This document shows positions 1 to 9,790 of a stretch of DNA of 32,000 nucleotides, piece by piece. Numbering within the stretch: position 1 is the stretch's first letter; every line of letters starts with the position of its first letter. A program made the position numbers and the translations under genes. Source of the DNA: Candidatus Saccharimonadota bacterium (GTDB lineage: Bacteria > Patescibacteriota > Gracilibacteria > Absconditabacterales > Absconditicoccaceae); the NCBI GenBank assembly GCA_965231145.1, contig OZ246420.1, positions 150,001 through 182,000 of the forward strand, read 5' to 3'. The notes beneath the pieces are model-generated. The model was given only the letters and a program-made list of their open reading frames with translations. It made no database searches and was not told the origin of the DNA.

Positions 1-292
1 TGATCCCAAAGCCAATACAGTAGATCAGAAAAGGAATCATTTCGGGCTCACCCCAGGCTATGAGTCCTATGAAGCCATTTATGCAGATGATGCCAAATGC
101 CCATAGTAACCATAAGTCAGCTTTCTCTTTCTTATCACGCACAGCATCTGTTATAAAGTATGCTATGAGGATATTAAACAAGAAGCCAAATTTACATATG
201 GTTGGATCAAATAGTTCATATGGAACTTCATAATAGATGATAAGATTAAATACCACCAGGAGAACTATGGATATAAGGTCTTTGAGTCCCAT
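1..292 (-). CDS. hypothetical integral membrane protein; C-terminal part lies beyond the window edge
   Basis: Hand translation of the - strand from ATG (292..290) to base 1 is stop-free: MGLKDLISIVLLVVFNLIIYYEVPYELFDP...LWLLWAFGIICINGFIGLIAWGEPEMIPFLIYCIGFGI. It has several hydrophobic helices. The start overlaps the 3' end of the upstream gene by 28 nt. No family recognised. Confidence 0.4.
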   Translation of the reverse strand, partial: MGLKDLISIVLLVVFNLIIYYEVPYELFDPTICKFGFLFNILIAYFITDAVRDKKEKADLWLLWAFGIICINGFIGLIAWGEPEMIPFLIYCIGFGI

Positions 293-681
293 GCTGTTTT
301 GTTTAGGTAGTGAGCAAATCTTTGTTTTATTTCCCTTGTTGTTTTGATGTGCTGGCGTATCTCAGTTATAAGATAGCCGATGAATACTTCTGTTGCATAG
401 GCGCAGAGAGTGACGTCGAGCTTATGTGCTACCAGGCCGGCCGTTATGAACATGCCTAAGCAGAACAGAAGAAAGAATACGGCCATGAGTATGAAGCCGG
501 TTTCTTTTTCTTTCCGTGAGAGATATGCAGCAGAACCGACGATAACTATGCCGTTTTGTATGATGCCCCACCAGAGCTGTAGTGGATCGGTTGGGTCAAG
601 CATAATGTGTTCGTCGCTTATTGCCAATGCAGGCAAGCAACACAGGAGCAGTATGCTCAAAAGTAGTGTAGTCTTTTTCAT
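265..681 (-). CDS. hypothetical secreted/membrane protein with N-terminal signal peptide
   Basis: ORF-track 265..756 trimmed to the internal ATG at 681. This gives MKKTTLLLSILLLCCLPALA (a signal-peptide-like start) followed by about 3 hydrophobic helices. Real stop is TAG at 265..267. Confidence 0.55.
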   Translation of the reverse strand: MKKTTLLLSILLLCCLPALAISDEHIMLDPTDPLQLWWGIIQNGIVIVGSAAYLSRKEKETGFILMAVFFLLFCLGMFITAGLVAHKLDVTLCAYATEVFIGYLITEIRQHIKTTREIKQRFAHYLNKTAWDSKTLYP

Positions 682-764
682 GATATTTTTCTTTTGGTTT
701 GATGCTGCAAATGATACGCGCATGCTATGCAATGTCAATAGTTCTCTTACATACATTCACTTAT

Positions 765-795
765 AAAAAAAGTCTGCCTGAGATTCAGGTAGACT
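765..795 (-). terminator. rho-independent terminator downstream of the 832..1203 gene
   Basis: An 11-bp stem, AGTCTGCCTGA (771..781) / TCAGGTAGACT (785..795), has one mismatch and a 3-nt loop. The A-run at 765..770 becomes a U-tract on the - strand transcript. Confidence 0.65.
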
Positions 796-831
796 TCGTG
801 TTTCGTATGAGGCTCTGAGTTTATTTTTCTT

Positions 832-1203
832 CTATGCTGTTGGGCCTGCGGCTCTTTTGTAGAGCCAGCACAGAAAGACCCCCACAGCTATTTCTAATAG
901 GTAAACAATAGAACCAATAAGAAGGCTATGGATGCCTGCCATGTTTAGGCCTATTAGCGCTGCAATTATTAAGCCTAAGATAAGGCTTGACGTGTTAGAC
1001 GGCATGAGATCCCAGAGAAAGGAACATCCTATGAGTAGCACGCCGATAGTGATAACAGCTATCATATGAGCTTGGTGGTCCAAACCTGCATGAAATATAA
1101 CCTTGCCGAGATAGTGGACTGACAAGCCAAATGCTAGTACTGTTAGGCAAATGTATAAAAGCTCTGTAAGTTTTGTGCTGTTCTTTTTGGTAGATGTGTT
1201 CAT
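832..1203 (-). CDS. hypothetical small integral membrane protein
   Basis: 123-aa ORF with an ATG start and TAG stop and about 4 predicted TM helices (LYICLTVLAFGLSV, MIAVITIGVLLIGCSFLW, LILGLIIAALIGL, LLIGSIVYLLEIAVGVFLCW). No family recognised. Confidence 0.55.
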   Translation of the reverse strand: MNTSTKKNSTKLTELLYICLTVLAFGLSVHYLGKVIFHAGLDHQAHMIAVITIGVLLIGCSFLWDLMPSNTSSLILGLIIAALIGLNMAGIHSLLIGSIVYLLEIAVGVFLCWLYKRAAGPTA

Positions 1204-1276
1204 TTTTCTTTGTTTTTGTGTATTATGATTATATTCGGAGATTTGTGTAAGTCAATAGCTGCTGTCTTTCTCGTTC

Positions 1277-1305
1277 TTGCAATCTTATGGCTAAAATTTA
1301 CTATC
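1277..1305 (+). promoter_or_regulatory. candidate sigma70-type promoter for alaS
   Basis: TTGCAA (1277..1282), a 16-nt spacer, then TACTAT (1299..1304), about 80 nt upstream of the alaS ATG. Motif match only. Confidence 0.3.
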
Positions 1306-1385
1306 TTATCTATCGATTCTTCAATAGAAAATGGAAAATAAAAAATATTTTCTATCTTCTATTTTTTATTAGATATTGAGTAGCG

Positions 1386-3239
1386 ATGTTAAGTTCAGAT
1401 CAAATTAGACAGAAATATATTGAGTATTTTCAGAAGCAGAGGCATGCGCATATTGAAGCATCGAGACTTTTGCCACAGGGTGATAGTTCGCTTTTGTTCG
1501 TAAACTCGGGAATGTTCCCATTGGTTCCGTACCTATTAGGCGCTGATCATCCACAGGGGACAAGACTCGTGAACTATCAGAGATGCTTCAGAACAGACGA
1601 TATCGATGAGGTCGGAGATCAGAGACATACGACATGTTTCGAGATGCTTGGTAACTGGTCTCTTGGTGACTACTTCAAGAAAGAGCAGATTCACTTCTGG
1701 TACTCATTTCTTTTTGACGAATTGAAGCTTGATCCATCAAAAATTTACCAATCAGTTTTTGGAGGAAACGACGAAGTTCCAGCAGATGAAGACTCTATCG
1801 AATTTCTGAAAGCAGAGTTTGCGGCTCGTGGTATAACAGCGGAAGTAGGACCAAAGACAACAGGAAAAGGTGAGGATGGACCTGGTGTTGCATGTGATTT
1901 CTCTACCCAAAGAATCTTCCAATACACTGACAAAAATTGGTGGCAGAGGGGCAAGGTAGTTGGTGAGGTTGGAGGTCCTGATACGGAAACTTTTTACGAC
2001 ACCGGAAAAGAACACAATACAAAGTTTGGTGCACACTGTCATCCAAACTGCGACTGTGGACGTTTCATCGAGATCGGTAACAGCGTATTTATGCAGTACG
2101 TTCTTAGAGAGAATGGTTGGCAGAAACTTGATCGCCAAAATGTTGACTTTGGCGGAGGTCTCGAAAGAATTACGATGGCGGTACAAGGACTCGATAATGT
2201 CTTCAATGCTGATATCTTCCAACCGTATATCCAGATACTACAAAACAATTATAATATTTCTTATACAGACCATGCAAAGGACATCGAGGTAATCGTCGAT
2301 CATATCAGAGCCATCGCGCGGCTTATCATGGATGGAGCTTTGCCATCCAACAAAGATCAGTGATATTATCTTCGCCGTCTTATCAGAAGAGTTGCATCAA
2401 AACTACAGCTATTGAATGTTGATATGAAAGCAGTAAATGAGTTGTTAACCGCTGCAATTGATAAGCTCGGTGTGACATATCATGAGATGAGAGATAAAAA
2501 ATGAGAAATAATAGAGGTCGTAGAAAAAGAAGTGAAAGCGTTTGGACAAAATCTGAAACAGGGTTTAAAATATTTTGAAAAAGTTATTGCGCGTGATAAT
2601 GGCATCACAGCAGAAGAGGCATTTATGTTGCAGACGTCATACGGATTTCCTATTGAATTGATCGTGGAAATTGCTGCTGATCGTGGTGTAAAAGTAGATG
2701 TTGAGTGATATAAAGCGAAGATAGAAGAACATAAAAATATTTCGAGACAAGGTATGGAAAAGAAGTTTAAGAGCGGACTTGGTGATACAGGAGAGCAGAC
2801 AGTCAAGTATCATACTGCAACGCATCTGCTTCATCAAACGCTTCGTGATGTGCTCGGTGAGCATGTGCAGCAAAAGTGATCAAACTTGACCGCAGAAAGG
2901 CTGAGATTTGACTTCTCTCATCCAACTGCTATCTCAAAAGAGCAGCTTGCGGAAGTAGAACAGAGAGTAAATCTGCTTATTAAAGATGGCTTTACCGTAA
3001 AGGTGGAAACCATGAAAACCGATGATGCATTTGCAAGCGGAGCGTTAGGTTTCTTCGGTGACAAATATGGTCCAGAAGTAACAGTGTATACGATGACAAA
3101 TCCGCATGGCGTTGTTATCAGCAAGGAAATTTGTACCTGACCGCACATACAAACGCTCGAAGGATTTGGTAACTTCAAGATCATAGAAGAATCAAGTGTC
3201 GCCGCAGGCGTGAGACGTATAAAGGCTGTGCTTAACTAA
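1386..3239 (+). CDS. alaS: alanine--tRNA ligase, short form (617 aa, no C-Ala domain)
   Basis: One frame is joined by 5 in-frame TGAs (2361, 2502, 2706, 2877, 3138). Class II AlaRS motifs are present: FVNSGMFPLVPY, RCFRTDDIDEVGD, HTTCFEMLGNWSLGDYFK, FGGGLERI. TGA falls on conserved Gly in PSNKDQ(G)YYLRRLIRR, QQK(G)SNLTAERLRFDFSH and C-T-(G)-P-H. The HxxxH editing motif is YHTATHLLH. True stop is TAA at 3237..3239. Confidence 0.95.
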
Positions 3240-3249
3240 TAACTATTTC

Positions 3250-3323
3250 AGCAATTAGATATTAGATTTTAGATTATAGCAATCTTACATTTGCCAACAT
3301 CTAACATCTATAATCGAATTGCT
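3250..3323 (+). repeat. long heptamer-periodic hairpin, AGAT family, copy 1 (after alaS)
   Basis: The 5' arm is AGCAATT AGATATT AGATTTT AGATTAT AGCA (3250..3281). The 3' arm is TGCCAAC ATCTAAC ATCTATA ATCGAAT TGCT (3292..3323). Arms are 32 nt with about 7 mismatches. It starts 11 nt after the alaS stop and has no clear U-tract. Confidence 0.6.
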
Positions 3324-3433
3324 ATTAGATAGCTTAAGCAAATGTTGTCTAGTAAAAAATAAGCTGTAAGGCTTGTTTTTTTATATATGTTTTGTATGCT
3401 CGGAAGGATTTATCTGCATAATTTTTGGCTTCC

Positions 3434-4678
3434 ATGAATTATAAAAAATGAATGCTTGTAGTAGTTGCAGGAGCAAGTATGATCCTTGCTGGTTGCGGTA
3501 ATTCGTCAAAAAACATGACTTTCCAAGATACATACAATGCTTTTTTCGATAGTCATATGAGTAAAGCAGTAGATATGTTCAATCATTTTGCTATGGCTCC
3601 GGCTATCGCCGAAGAAGCAAGATACGATCTTAGTGGTTCCGTGATGAGCGGTGTTGTGGTTCGCGCTATGATAGGTGCAAAATCAACCGTGGTAAATAAG
3701 GGAGCAGATACAGAAAGTACTGTGTCTATAAGCGGTAGCATCGTGCAGCCAGATGTTGATGATACGATCAATCTTGATTCGAATATCCTTTTGAAAATGA
3801 TCAGCGGACAGTCGTATATAAATCTTTCAAAACTTTCTCTCACGTCAGCAAAGGGAAACCCGCAGATTAGTATGATCGGAGCGTTCTCTGCTATACTGAC
3901 AAACAAGTGGATCGCGATAACAAGTTCAGGATCTACTATGGCTCCACAGTCATTCAATCTTGCAACTATGTATACGCTTCCGTCTCAGATGCTTCAGTCG
4001 CTTAAGGCTCATCCTATCTTTGTAGAAAAGAGTAAAGAGATTGTAGATGGAAATCCTGTCTATCATGTATCGCTCGACACAACGGGTCTGTATCTTGCAG
4101 CAAAGGAAATAGTTTCTACTGAAGCAGTAAAGACTCTTCTCAGAGGAGAGGAACTTACAGATGCAGAGCTCTGGGAGTGGGCACAAGCTTTCGTAGCTAA
4201 CTCAGCTTTTGATGGAACACTGACAGCAGTAAGCAAAAAAGAAGTGATACTTACGATCAACTCTCTCAATCTTGATAAAACAAGTATTGCACAGGGAGTT
4301 ATCAATCAGGATGATGCGCAGTTCACAGTAATTGATACACCACTTGTGGGTACAGGAGATATCTCTTCGGCTTCTTCTCAGTCAGCCATTGTTGCAACAG
4401 CGTCTCTTACAGAAAAAGGAGATACAACTGTCCTTACAGTTTCTGCTCCTCAGGAACCTCTTGATCTTACAGTAAGTGTTGATATGAAGAAGGCGACAAG
4501 TAATTCGATCTCATATCTTTTTAGTCTTATGCTTCGTCATCCATCTGTATCATTGGATCTCAATGGTGATGCGCAGATAGAAAAAACAGAGCCGGTCGTG
4601 ATCGAAGCTCCATCGTCGTTTGAGACAATTGACTCACTCCTTGGAGGATTTGGTTCTCTTCTCGGTGGAACTGAGTAA
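3434..4678 (+). CDS. hypothetical lipoprotein
   Basis: MNYKK(G)MLVVVAGASMILAGCGNSSK is a signal peptide with the lipobox LAGC. The ORF-track start at 3452 is extended to the ATG at 3434 through the in-frame TGA at 3449; 3452 remains possible. The mature part is Ser/Thr-rich. Stop is TAA at 4676..4678. No family recognised. Confidence 0.7.
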
Positions 4679-4786
4679 CAAACTAACAAAAAAAGATATA
4701 GTAAGAGACAGAGACATAGGCCGATCCTATATCTATATCTAGAACGTATGTCTATTAGTTTTAGTTAATTAGTAAGGTAGTTTTTC

Positions 4787-6226
4787 ATGTCATTTCAAAA
4801 AAAGAAGATTCACGCAGATCAATATACTATACAACAGGGCGGAGCAAGTAGAAAAGTTATCATTTTTGTGATAACGATTTTGCTTTGTTTCGGTATTGTG
4901 CTTTTTGCATGGGGATCTCTGAAACCATATCTGCAACAGGGTGCGCATTGGATCGGTCAGTCGGCCGTTTCTATTGTCAGTAAAACTGCTGGGATAGAGC
5001 CTCAGAAAGATGAGAAGTGACATATCAATGCTATGATACTTGGATTTGGTGGAGAGTGACACGCAGGCGGATATCTGTCTGATTCTATCATGATTGCATC
5101 GTTTGATCCAAAGATAGGAGGAGTGACATTTATCTCTGTGCCAAGAGATCTCTACATAGAAAAAACACTCGGTGGATATGGTAAGATCAATGGTGACTTT
5201 GCATCTCTCTATTACCACTATGAAAAAGATCTGTTGCAGGCAGGAAGCGGCTTTGCAAAAAAGCTTACACAGATCACGGGAGTGCCTATTCATTACTATT
5301 TCATGATTGATTTCCCGGGCTTTGAAAAACTTATTGATCAGCTTGGGGGGATAGATATTGATGTGCCATATAATATTTATGATACGACATATCCTGGACC
5401 AAATAATAGCTTTACGACATTTTCTGTGAACCAGGGAATGCAGCATATGGATGGAGCAACGGCTCTCAAGTATGCAAGAAGTAGACATACAACTTCAGAC
5501 TTTGCTCGCAGCTTAAGACAGCAGCAGATTATCAAGGCAGTGATGGAAAAAGTATTTTCATTTAACAATATCACTAGTCCAAATAAAGTAAAAGAACTCT
5601 ATGCTCAGTTTCAAAGTGTGGTGCATACAAACATGACACTGGATGAGATCATAGGAAGTATGCAATATGCTTATAAGGTGAAAAAATTCTCTTCGTTCCA
5701 GTATGCTGTATGTCCGGTATATAACTGGGAAACGGCTCAGCCAGGTTGCCTTCTGTATAATCCTCCCATCGCTATGTTCGGAGCATCAGTAGAGATCCCA
5801 GCTGAAGCTACTCCAGATAATGTTTCTCGTTATGATGCGCTAAGATCTTTTGCAAGTCAGGTTGTATACCATAACGGATACCTCGTAGAGGATGCAACTA
5901 TCCGTATTCTCAACGGTACCGATACTGGCGCTGCAGCTCTCTTGAAAGGAAGAACTATCGCGAGCACGACAGCGATGGATTATGTAAAGATGTGATTGAA
6001 AGTGTTTGATGTTGGTAATTCAGAGACAGTCTATCCGCAGACAACTCTTCTGATAAACGGGACTGGTGACTATACAGATACTATCGTTCAGATGAAGAAA
6101 ATCATTGCGATCCCTCATGTGACTACAGGTGTCTACGTTCAGGATGGACCAACGCTTACACTTATCCTTGGAAATGACTACCTACAAAATGTAGTCGAGC
6201 AAAAGCCTCTATTTCTCAACTATTAA
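4787..6226 (+). CDS. LytR-CpsA-Psr (LCP) family cell-envelope phosphotransferase with LytR_C-like C-terminus
   Basis: Fragments 4787..5020, 5090..5995 and 5996..6226 share one frame and are joined by TGAs at 5018, 5057 and 5993. It has an N-terminal TM anchor. The LCP core reads INAMILGFGGE(G)HAGGYLSDSIMIASFD, FISVPRDLY, GKINGDF, ALKYARSRH. C-terminal segments IRILNGTDTG and TLLINGTGDY resemble LytR_C. Confidence 0.9.
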
Positions 6227-6240
6227 TTAAAATCGTAAAA

Positions 6241-6271
6241 CTTAAAACGTACATCCGTTTTAGGTTTTTTT
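6241..6271 (+). terminator. rho-independent terminator after the LCP gene
   Basis: Stem CTTAAAACG (6241..6249) / CGTTTTAGG (6256..6264), a 6-nt loop, then T7 at 6265..6271. Confidence 0.7.
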
Positions 6272-6356
6272 GTTATTGTAGTAGTCATTATTTTCTATAT
6301 ATATGGTTGTTACCATTTGTTTTTCGTTTTTTGTTTTAGGTTTTTAGCTGACAAGT

Positions 6357-6803
6357 ATGAAGGTTTTTGTTCCGAGAAATATACAGAAAGGGTGGTTCAA
6401 GATGAACTTCCAGATGGGGCCTATCAGTGTGACATTGATACAGCTTATCCTGCTTGCGGTAGGTATGGCGGTTGCATTGGTTATATGGAATTCGATGGTG
6501 AAGTCAGGTTCGACAAAGACAGTTGCTGCTGTGGTTGCTGTGCCTGTGTTTCTTATTTTTGTTTTCATCGCGTTTTTCAAAGTCTCGGAGCTTGGGCTTG
6601 TTGCGTTTATCGCAAAACTTATCAGAACAAATTTTCTCGATGCTCCGAAGAAATTTCAGGACGACTATGAGCGCATAGATCCAGCAGATATTGCTATAAA
6701 AAAATCGAAAGCTGCTGAAGATCAGGTGAAAGTACGTGTGTCAAAATACGATGATGTGAATGATGAGAAGCTCAATAAACTTAAGAAGGATACCTTATTT
6801 TAA
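6357..6803 (+). CDS. small two-TM membrane protein, tentatively PrgI-like
   Basis: 148-aa ORF with an ATG start and TAA stop. The layout FVPRNIQ...GPISVTLIQLILLAVGMAVALVIW, a second TM, FFKVSELGLVAFIAKLIRTNFLDAPKKF and a charged tail resembles my recollection of PrgI-family proteins of Gram-positive/CPR T4SS loci. Not verified. Confidence 0.55.
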   Translation: MKVFVPRNIQKGWFKMNFQMGPISVTLIQLILLAVGMAVALVIWNSMVKSGSTKTVAAVVAVPVFLIFVFIAFFKVSELGLVAFIAKLIRTNFLDAPKKFQDDYERIDPADIAIKKSKAAEDQVKVRVSKYDDVNDEKLNKLKKDTLF

Positions 6804-6818
6804 CTAATTAACTTATAG

Positions 6819-6890
6819 GCAGTTAGATATTGGATATTAGATATTGGCAAGGTGCTACAATCTAATATCTATAATCTAATTGCTTTTTTA
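6819..6890 (+). terminator. long heptamer-periodic hairpin, AGAT family, copy 2, with U-tract
   Basis: GCAGTT AGATATT GGATATT AGATATT GGCA (6819..6849), loop AGG, TGCTACA ATCTAAT ATCTATA ATCTAAT TGC (6853..6883), then TTTTTTA. The 31-bp stem has 4 mismatches and 3 G-U pairs that only pair in the + strand RNA. Confidence 0.75.
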
Positions 6891-6898
6891 TAAGACAT

Positions 6899-7867
6899 AT
6901 GATCTATAGCAACTTCGGTCGAGTGGTTCTCGCAGTAGTTATTTTATTGTGTGTGATATTTCTGAGAAGACCTTGGAAATCTTTTTTTGTCTATCCGTGG
7001 AAAACAAGACAAGGGAAATTGTTTGCTCTCAGAAGTACTGTACGAATCTTGAGCGTTCTTGCTGTTGTGCTCCGGTCGTTTGATATACAGCGAATCAATG
7101 GTTCCACGATCGTGCAGACACCACAGCGCGACGTTATGTTTATGCTTGATGGCTCACTGTCAATGAGTGCTGATGATGCACAGCCTAACAGATTTGCTCG
7201 CGCGACGTCACTTATTGCTGATATAGTTTCATGACTTTCATGAACACAGTCATCGCTCATCGTGTTCTCATGACTGCCGGTTATTCGCGTACCGCGAACG
7301 CAAGATAGACAAGGGTTTGTACAAGTACTTTCCGGCATGAAGCTTGGTGAGTTTCCTCCAACGGAAGGATTCTTGTGAACCGCACTCGGTGATGCATTGC
7401 TTTTATCGCTGCAGCAATTTTCACTGACCGATCCAAGCAATACTCGTGCACTAGTTATCATCAGCGATGGTGATAGTAACAAAGGCTACAATCCATATGC
7501 CATTATTCCATTGCTTCAGGAGCGTCATATTCCTGTCTACTTTATTGCTATTGGGCAGGAAGGATACAAAGTTGGTATAGATAGGACATGATTGCCGGTG
7601 ATCACATCGTTTGATACTGATCTTATAGAGCAGTTTACCACCGAGACAAACGGTCGTCTTTTTTTCAATCCTGATGCACAAGAAGTGCAGCAGCTCAGTG
7701 ACATATTGGCTGCAAGAGAAGCAAAAGATAATGTTCATTACATACCGCATACATATCATCTCAATGCAGATCTAGCTCCCATTTTACTTATATGTTTCTC
7801 TCTGCTCTCTGTGTTGCTTATTGGTTCTTTGAGGTCTCGTTCCACTAGGTGAAATCCTCTAAACTAG
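6899..7867 (+). CDS. BatA-like von Willebrand factor A domain membrane protein
   Basis: Fragments 6899.., 7397.. and 7592.. share one frame joined by in-frame TGAs (including 7232, 7376, 7589 and 7850). Features are an N-terminal TM, the MIDAS motif MLDGSLSMSADDAQPNRFARA, (G)TALGDAL, VIISDGDSN and a C-terminal TM. The apparent TGA stop at 7850 is read through to TAG at 7865..7867. Confidence 0.9.
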
Positions 7868-7904
7868 CCGTTGTTATCAACTTATAATTACCTATACTTT
7901 GAAC

Positions 7905-8891
7905 ATGAAAGATAACGTTTTTCTCTTTACCGGAGATAGTCCCTATCTGCTCCGACAGGAGCTGAAAAAGTGGAAAACCTCGTTTGCTGCGAAGTACGGA
8001 GAGCAGTATATATTTTCGTTTTCGTCGGATAATTTTGATATACCGCAGATTATTGATACGATATTTTCCGGAGGACTTTTTGTGACGAAAAAACTCGTTA
8101 TTATATTTGGTGCGCCGGGAGATAAAGTGTCAGACAATAAAATTTCAGTTTCGAAGCTAGAGCAGTTTGAGCAGGGATTTTATTCTCGCTTGGATTATCT
8201 GACGGCAGATACTATTATTATCTTTGTCTCGTACGATCCCGATAAGAGACTAAAGCTTTTTAAGGCGCTTAGTGAGACAGCTCAAATTAAAGAATTTAAG
8301 ACGCCAAATGCGCCATGACTCAAGAAATTTCTTGCACAGAAGCTGGGTGATGTTGTCTCTGATGCTGATATAGATTACATGCAGGGACAGATAGGTACTG
8401 ATATGTTTCGTCTTGCGCAGGAGGCTGATAAGGTCGTAACTTATGCGAAGTATCATGGTCTTACAAAGGTTGATCAAAAAACGATAGATTCGATCATTTA
8501 TACCGAAACAGATTCAAATAACTTTGCGGTGCTTGATACGCTTCTTACAGATACAAAACAAACTCTGGATACTATTGACCTTGTTTCTGCAAACATGGTC
8601 GACTGGAATGAGTTCCTTGGTATGCTGTACTGGTGACTCAAGCATATGCTACAAACATTGGACCTCTACGACCAAGGAGAGAAGGACAGCAAACAAATTG
8701 CGTCAAAGATTGGCATACATTTTTTTCCGATCATGAAAAACCTCAAGCACATCGATCAGATTCGTGCAAAAAAAGAAAGACTCATCCGGATGTACGATGA
8801 ACTCATGGATCTTGATATGTCTATCAAAAGCGGAAACTATCCTGGCGAAGGATTTTATTCTGCAGTGAAGCAGATTATTGTGAAACTGTAA
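7905..8891 (+). CDS. holA: DNA polymerase III delta subunit
   Basis: Three same-frame fragments are joined by TGAs at 8316 and 8634. The N-terminus FLFTGDSPYLLRQEL, the segment LVIIFGAP and the central DMFRLAQEADKV match a HolA-like layout. ATG at 7905 is preferred over the TTG at 7899 used by the ORF track. Stop is TAA at 8889..8891. Confidence 0.75.
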
Positions 8892-8908
8892 ACATGCAAA
8901 CTTACAAG

Positions 8909-8973
8909 GCAGTTGGATTTTAGATGTTAGATTATAGCATCTTGCCAATATCTAAAATCTAACATCTAATTGC
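8909..8973. terminator. long heptamer-periodic hairpin, AGAT family, copy 3, between convergent holA and the DUF721-like gene
   Basis: GCAGTT GGATTTT AGATGTT AGATTAT AGCA (8909..8939), loop TCT, TGCCAAT ATCTAAA ATCTAAC ATCTAAT TGC (8943..8973), then TATTTTG. The stop codon of the - strand gene (8973..8975) abuts the 3' arm. Confidence 0.7.
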
Positions 8974-9251
8974 TATTTTGTAACAATGTTTTTCAACGTA
9001 TAAGCTAGCCCAAATTTCACTAGTTCCTTATTGATTTCTCCGAGCAGTTGAGGCTTTTCCCTGTAGAGTAGTATGCAGGCTTCCCTTGGTAGTCATTTCA
9101 CAAAGAGGATATTGTGTCTTATGTAACCATCGCATTCAGCGATGCTATAGCGTTGTTTGATAATACGAAAACAAACACTGATGACAGTGAGAGAACTTCC
9201 TACTTTCTTTGAAAGAGAGCTTTTCTTGAGTAATTGCTTAATGTCTACCAT
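8973..9251 (-). CDS. DUF721 (DciA-like) family protein
   Basis: Only visible with TGA=Gly (TGA at 9096..9098): MVDIKQLLKKSSLSKKVGSSLTVISVCFRIIKQRYSIAECDGYIRHNILFVK(G)LPREACILLYREKPQLLGEINKELVKFGLAYTLKNIVTK, 92 aa, TAG stop. The C-terminal half resembles the DUF721 pattern (L.V.v.s..wa.eL......l...in..l). From memory only. Confidence 0.5.
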
Positions 9252-9322
9252 AGTGAATTTAGCATTGAGAATACGATATGTAATGAGTATACAGATGAGG
9301 TATTTATTTTACCATACAAACT

Positions 9323-9790
9323 ATGAAGAAATTATTGTTGCTTATAGCAGTTTTGGGTTTTCAGGTTTGAGTTTTTAGTTCTGTTGTGGGAGCAGTTGAG
9401 AATACTTTTGATATCATTCCAAAGAGTGAAACAGATGTGTCGAGTGATGTGACTGAAATCGGGAAAGCCGGAGGAAAAGTCTGGGATAAGCTCAATGAAA
9501 AAGCGAAGCAGTATGAAGAAAATGATGATATCGGTGCGCAGTTTGCAAGTGGTGCATTCACGTGGAATACACTTCTGAATTACGTGATTTATCTGGTAAG
9601 ATTTCTTTCGCAGTTGGCATTGGTGATAGGAGCAACTATGATCATAGTCGCATGATACAAGTATGCGTCTGCATCTTTTACTGGGAAGCCATCAGGTTCG
9701 GAAGACGTAAGGAATGCCATTGTAGGTGTGCTTATTGTGATATTTTCATATGCACTTATCAGGATACTTACGGAAGCGTTCCTCACTTAA
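9323..9790 (+). CDS. small secreted two-TM protein resembling the CPR T4SS-pilin-like (TrbC/VirB2-like) family
   Basis: The ATG at 9323 is joined to ORF 9386..9655 and beyond via TGAs at 9368 and 9653. Signal peptide is MKKLLLLIAVLGFQV(G)VFSS. The C-terminal module is LLNYVIYLVRFLSQLALVIGATMIIVA(G)YKYASASFTGKPSGSEDVRNAIVGVLIVIFSYALIRILTEAF, that is TM, short polar loop, TM. Stop is TAA at 9788..9790. Confidence 0.7.

Noticed and set aside
1386-3239. TGA = Trp (translation table 4, Mycoplasma-like).
   Set aside because: The TGA positions align to invariant Gly (GS in QQKGS, CxGxH, GKGHE, CGTG), not Trp. TGG is retained at Trp positions.
3250-3323. The heptamer repeats as a CRISPR array or a microsatellite.
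   Set aside because: The units are only 7 nt, degenerate and without spacers. They are organised as two complementary arms next to stop codons. No cas genes are present.
4790-5488. 232-aa - strand ORF, the longest antisense ORF in the track.
   Set aside because: It is antisense to the conserved LCP-family gene. It is Cys/Ile/Lys/Arg-rich and low-complexity, with no recognisable motifs. It is open only by chance in AT-rich antisense sequence.
6317-6670. Cys-rich 117-aa + strand ORF (CCCGCCAC).
   Set aside because: It is an alternative frame of the 6357..6803 membrane-protein gene. That gene has a coherent TM topology and a proper TAA stop followed by a terminator hairpin.
8976-9322. A ~350-nt apparently non-coding gap (possible ncRNA), and the TTG-started + ORF 9157..9378.
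   Set aside because: With TGA=Gly the - strand gives a clean 92-aa DUF721-like ORF (8973..9251). The real + strand gene starts at ATG 9323 with a signal peptide.
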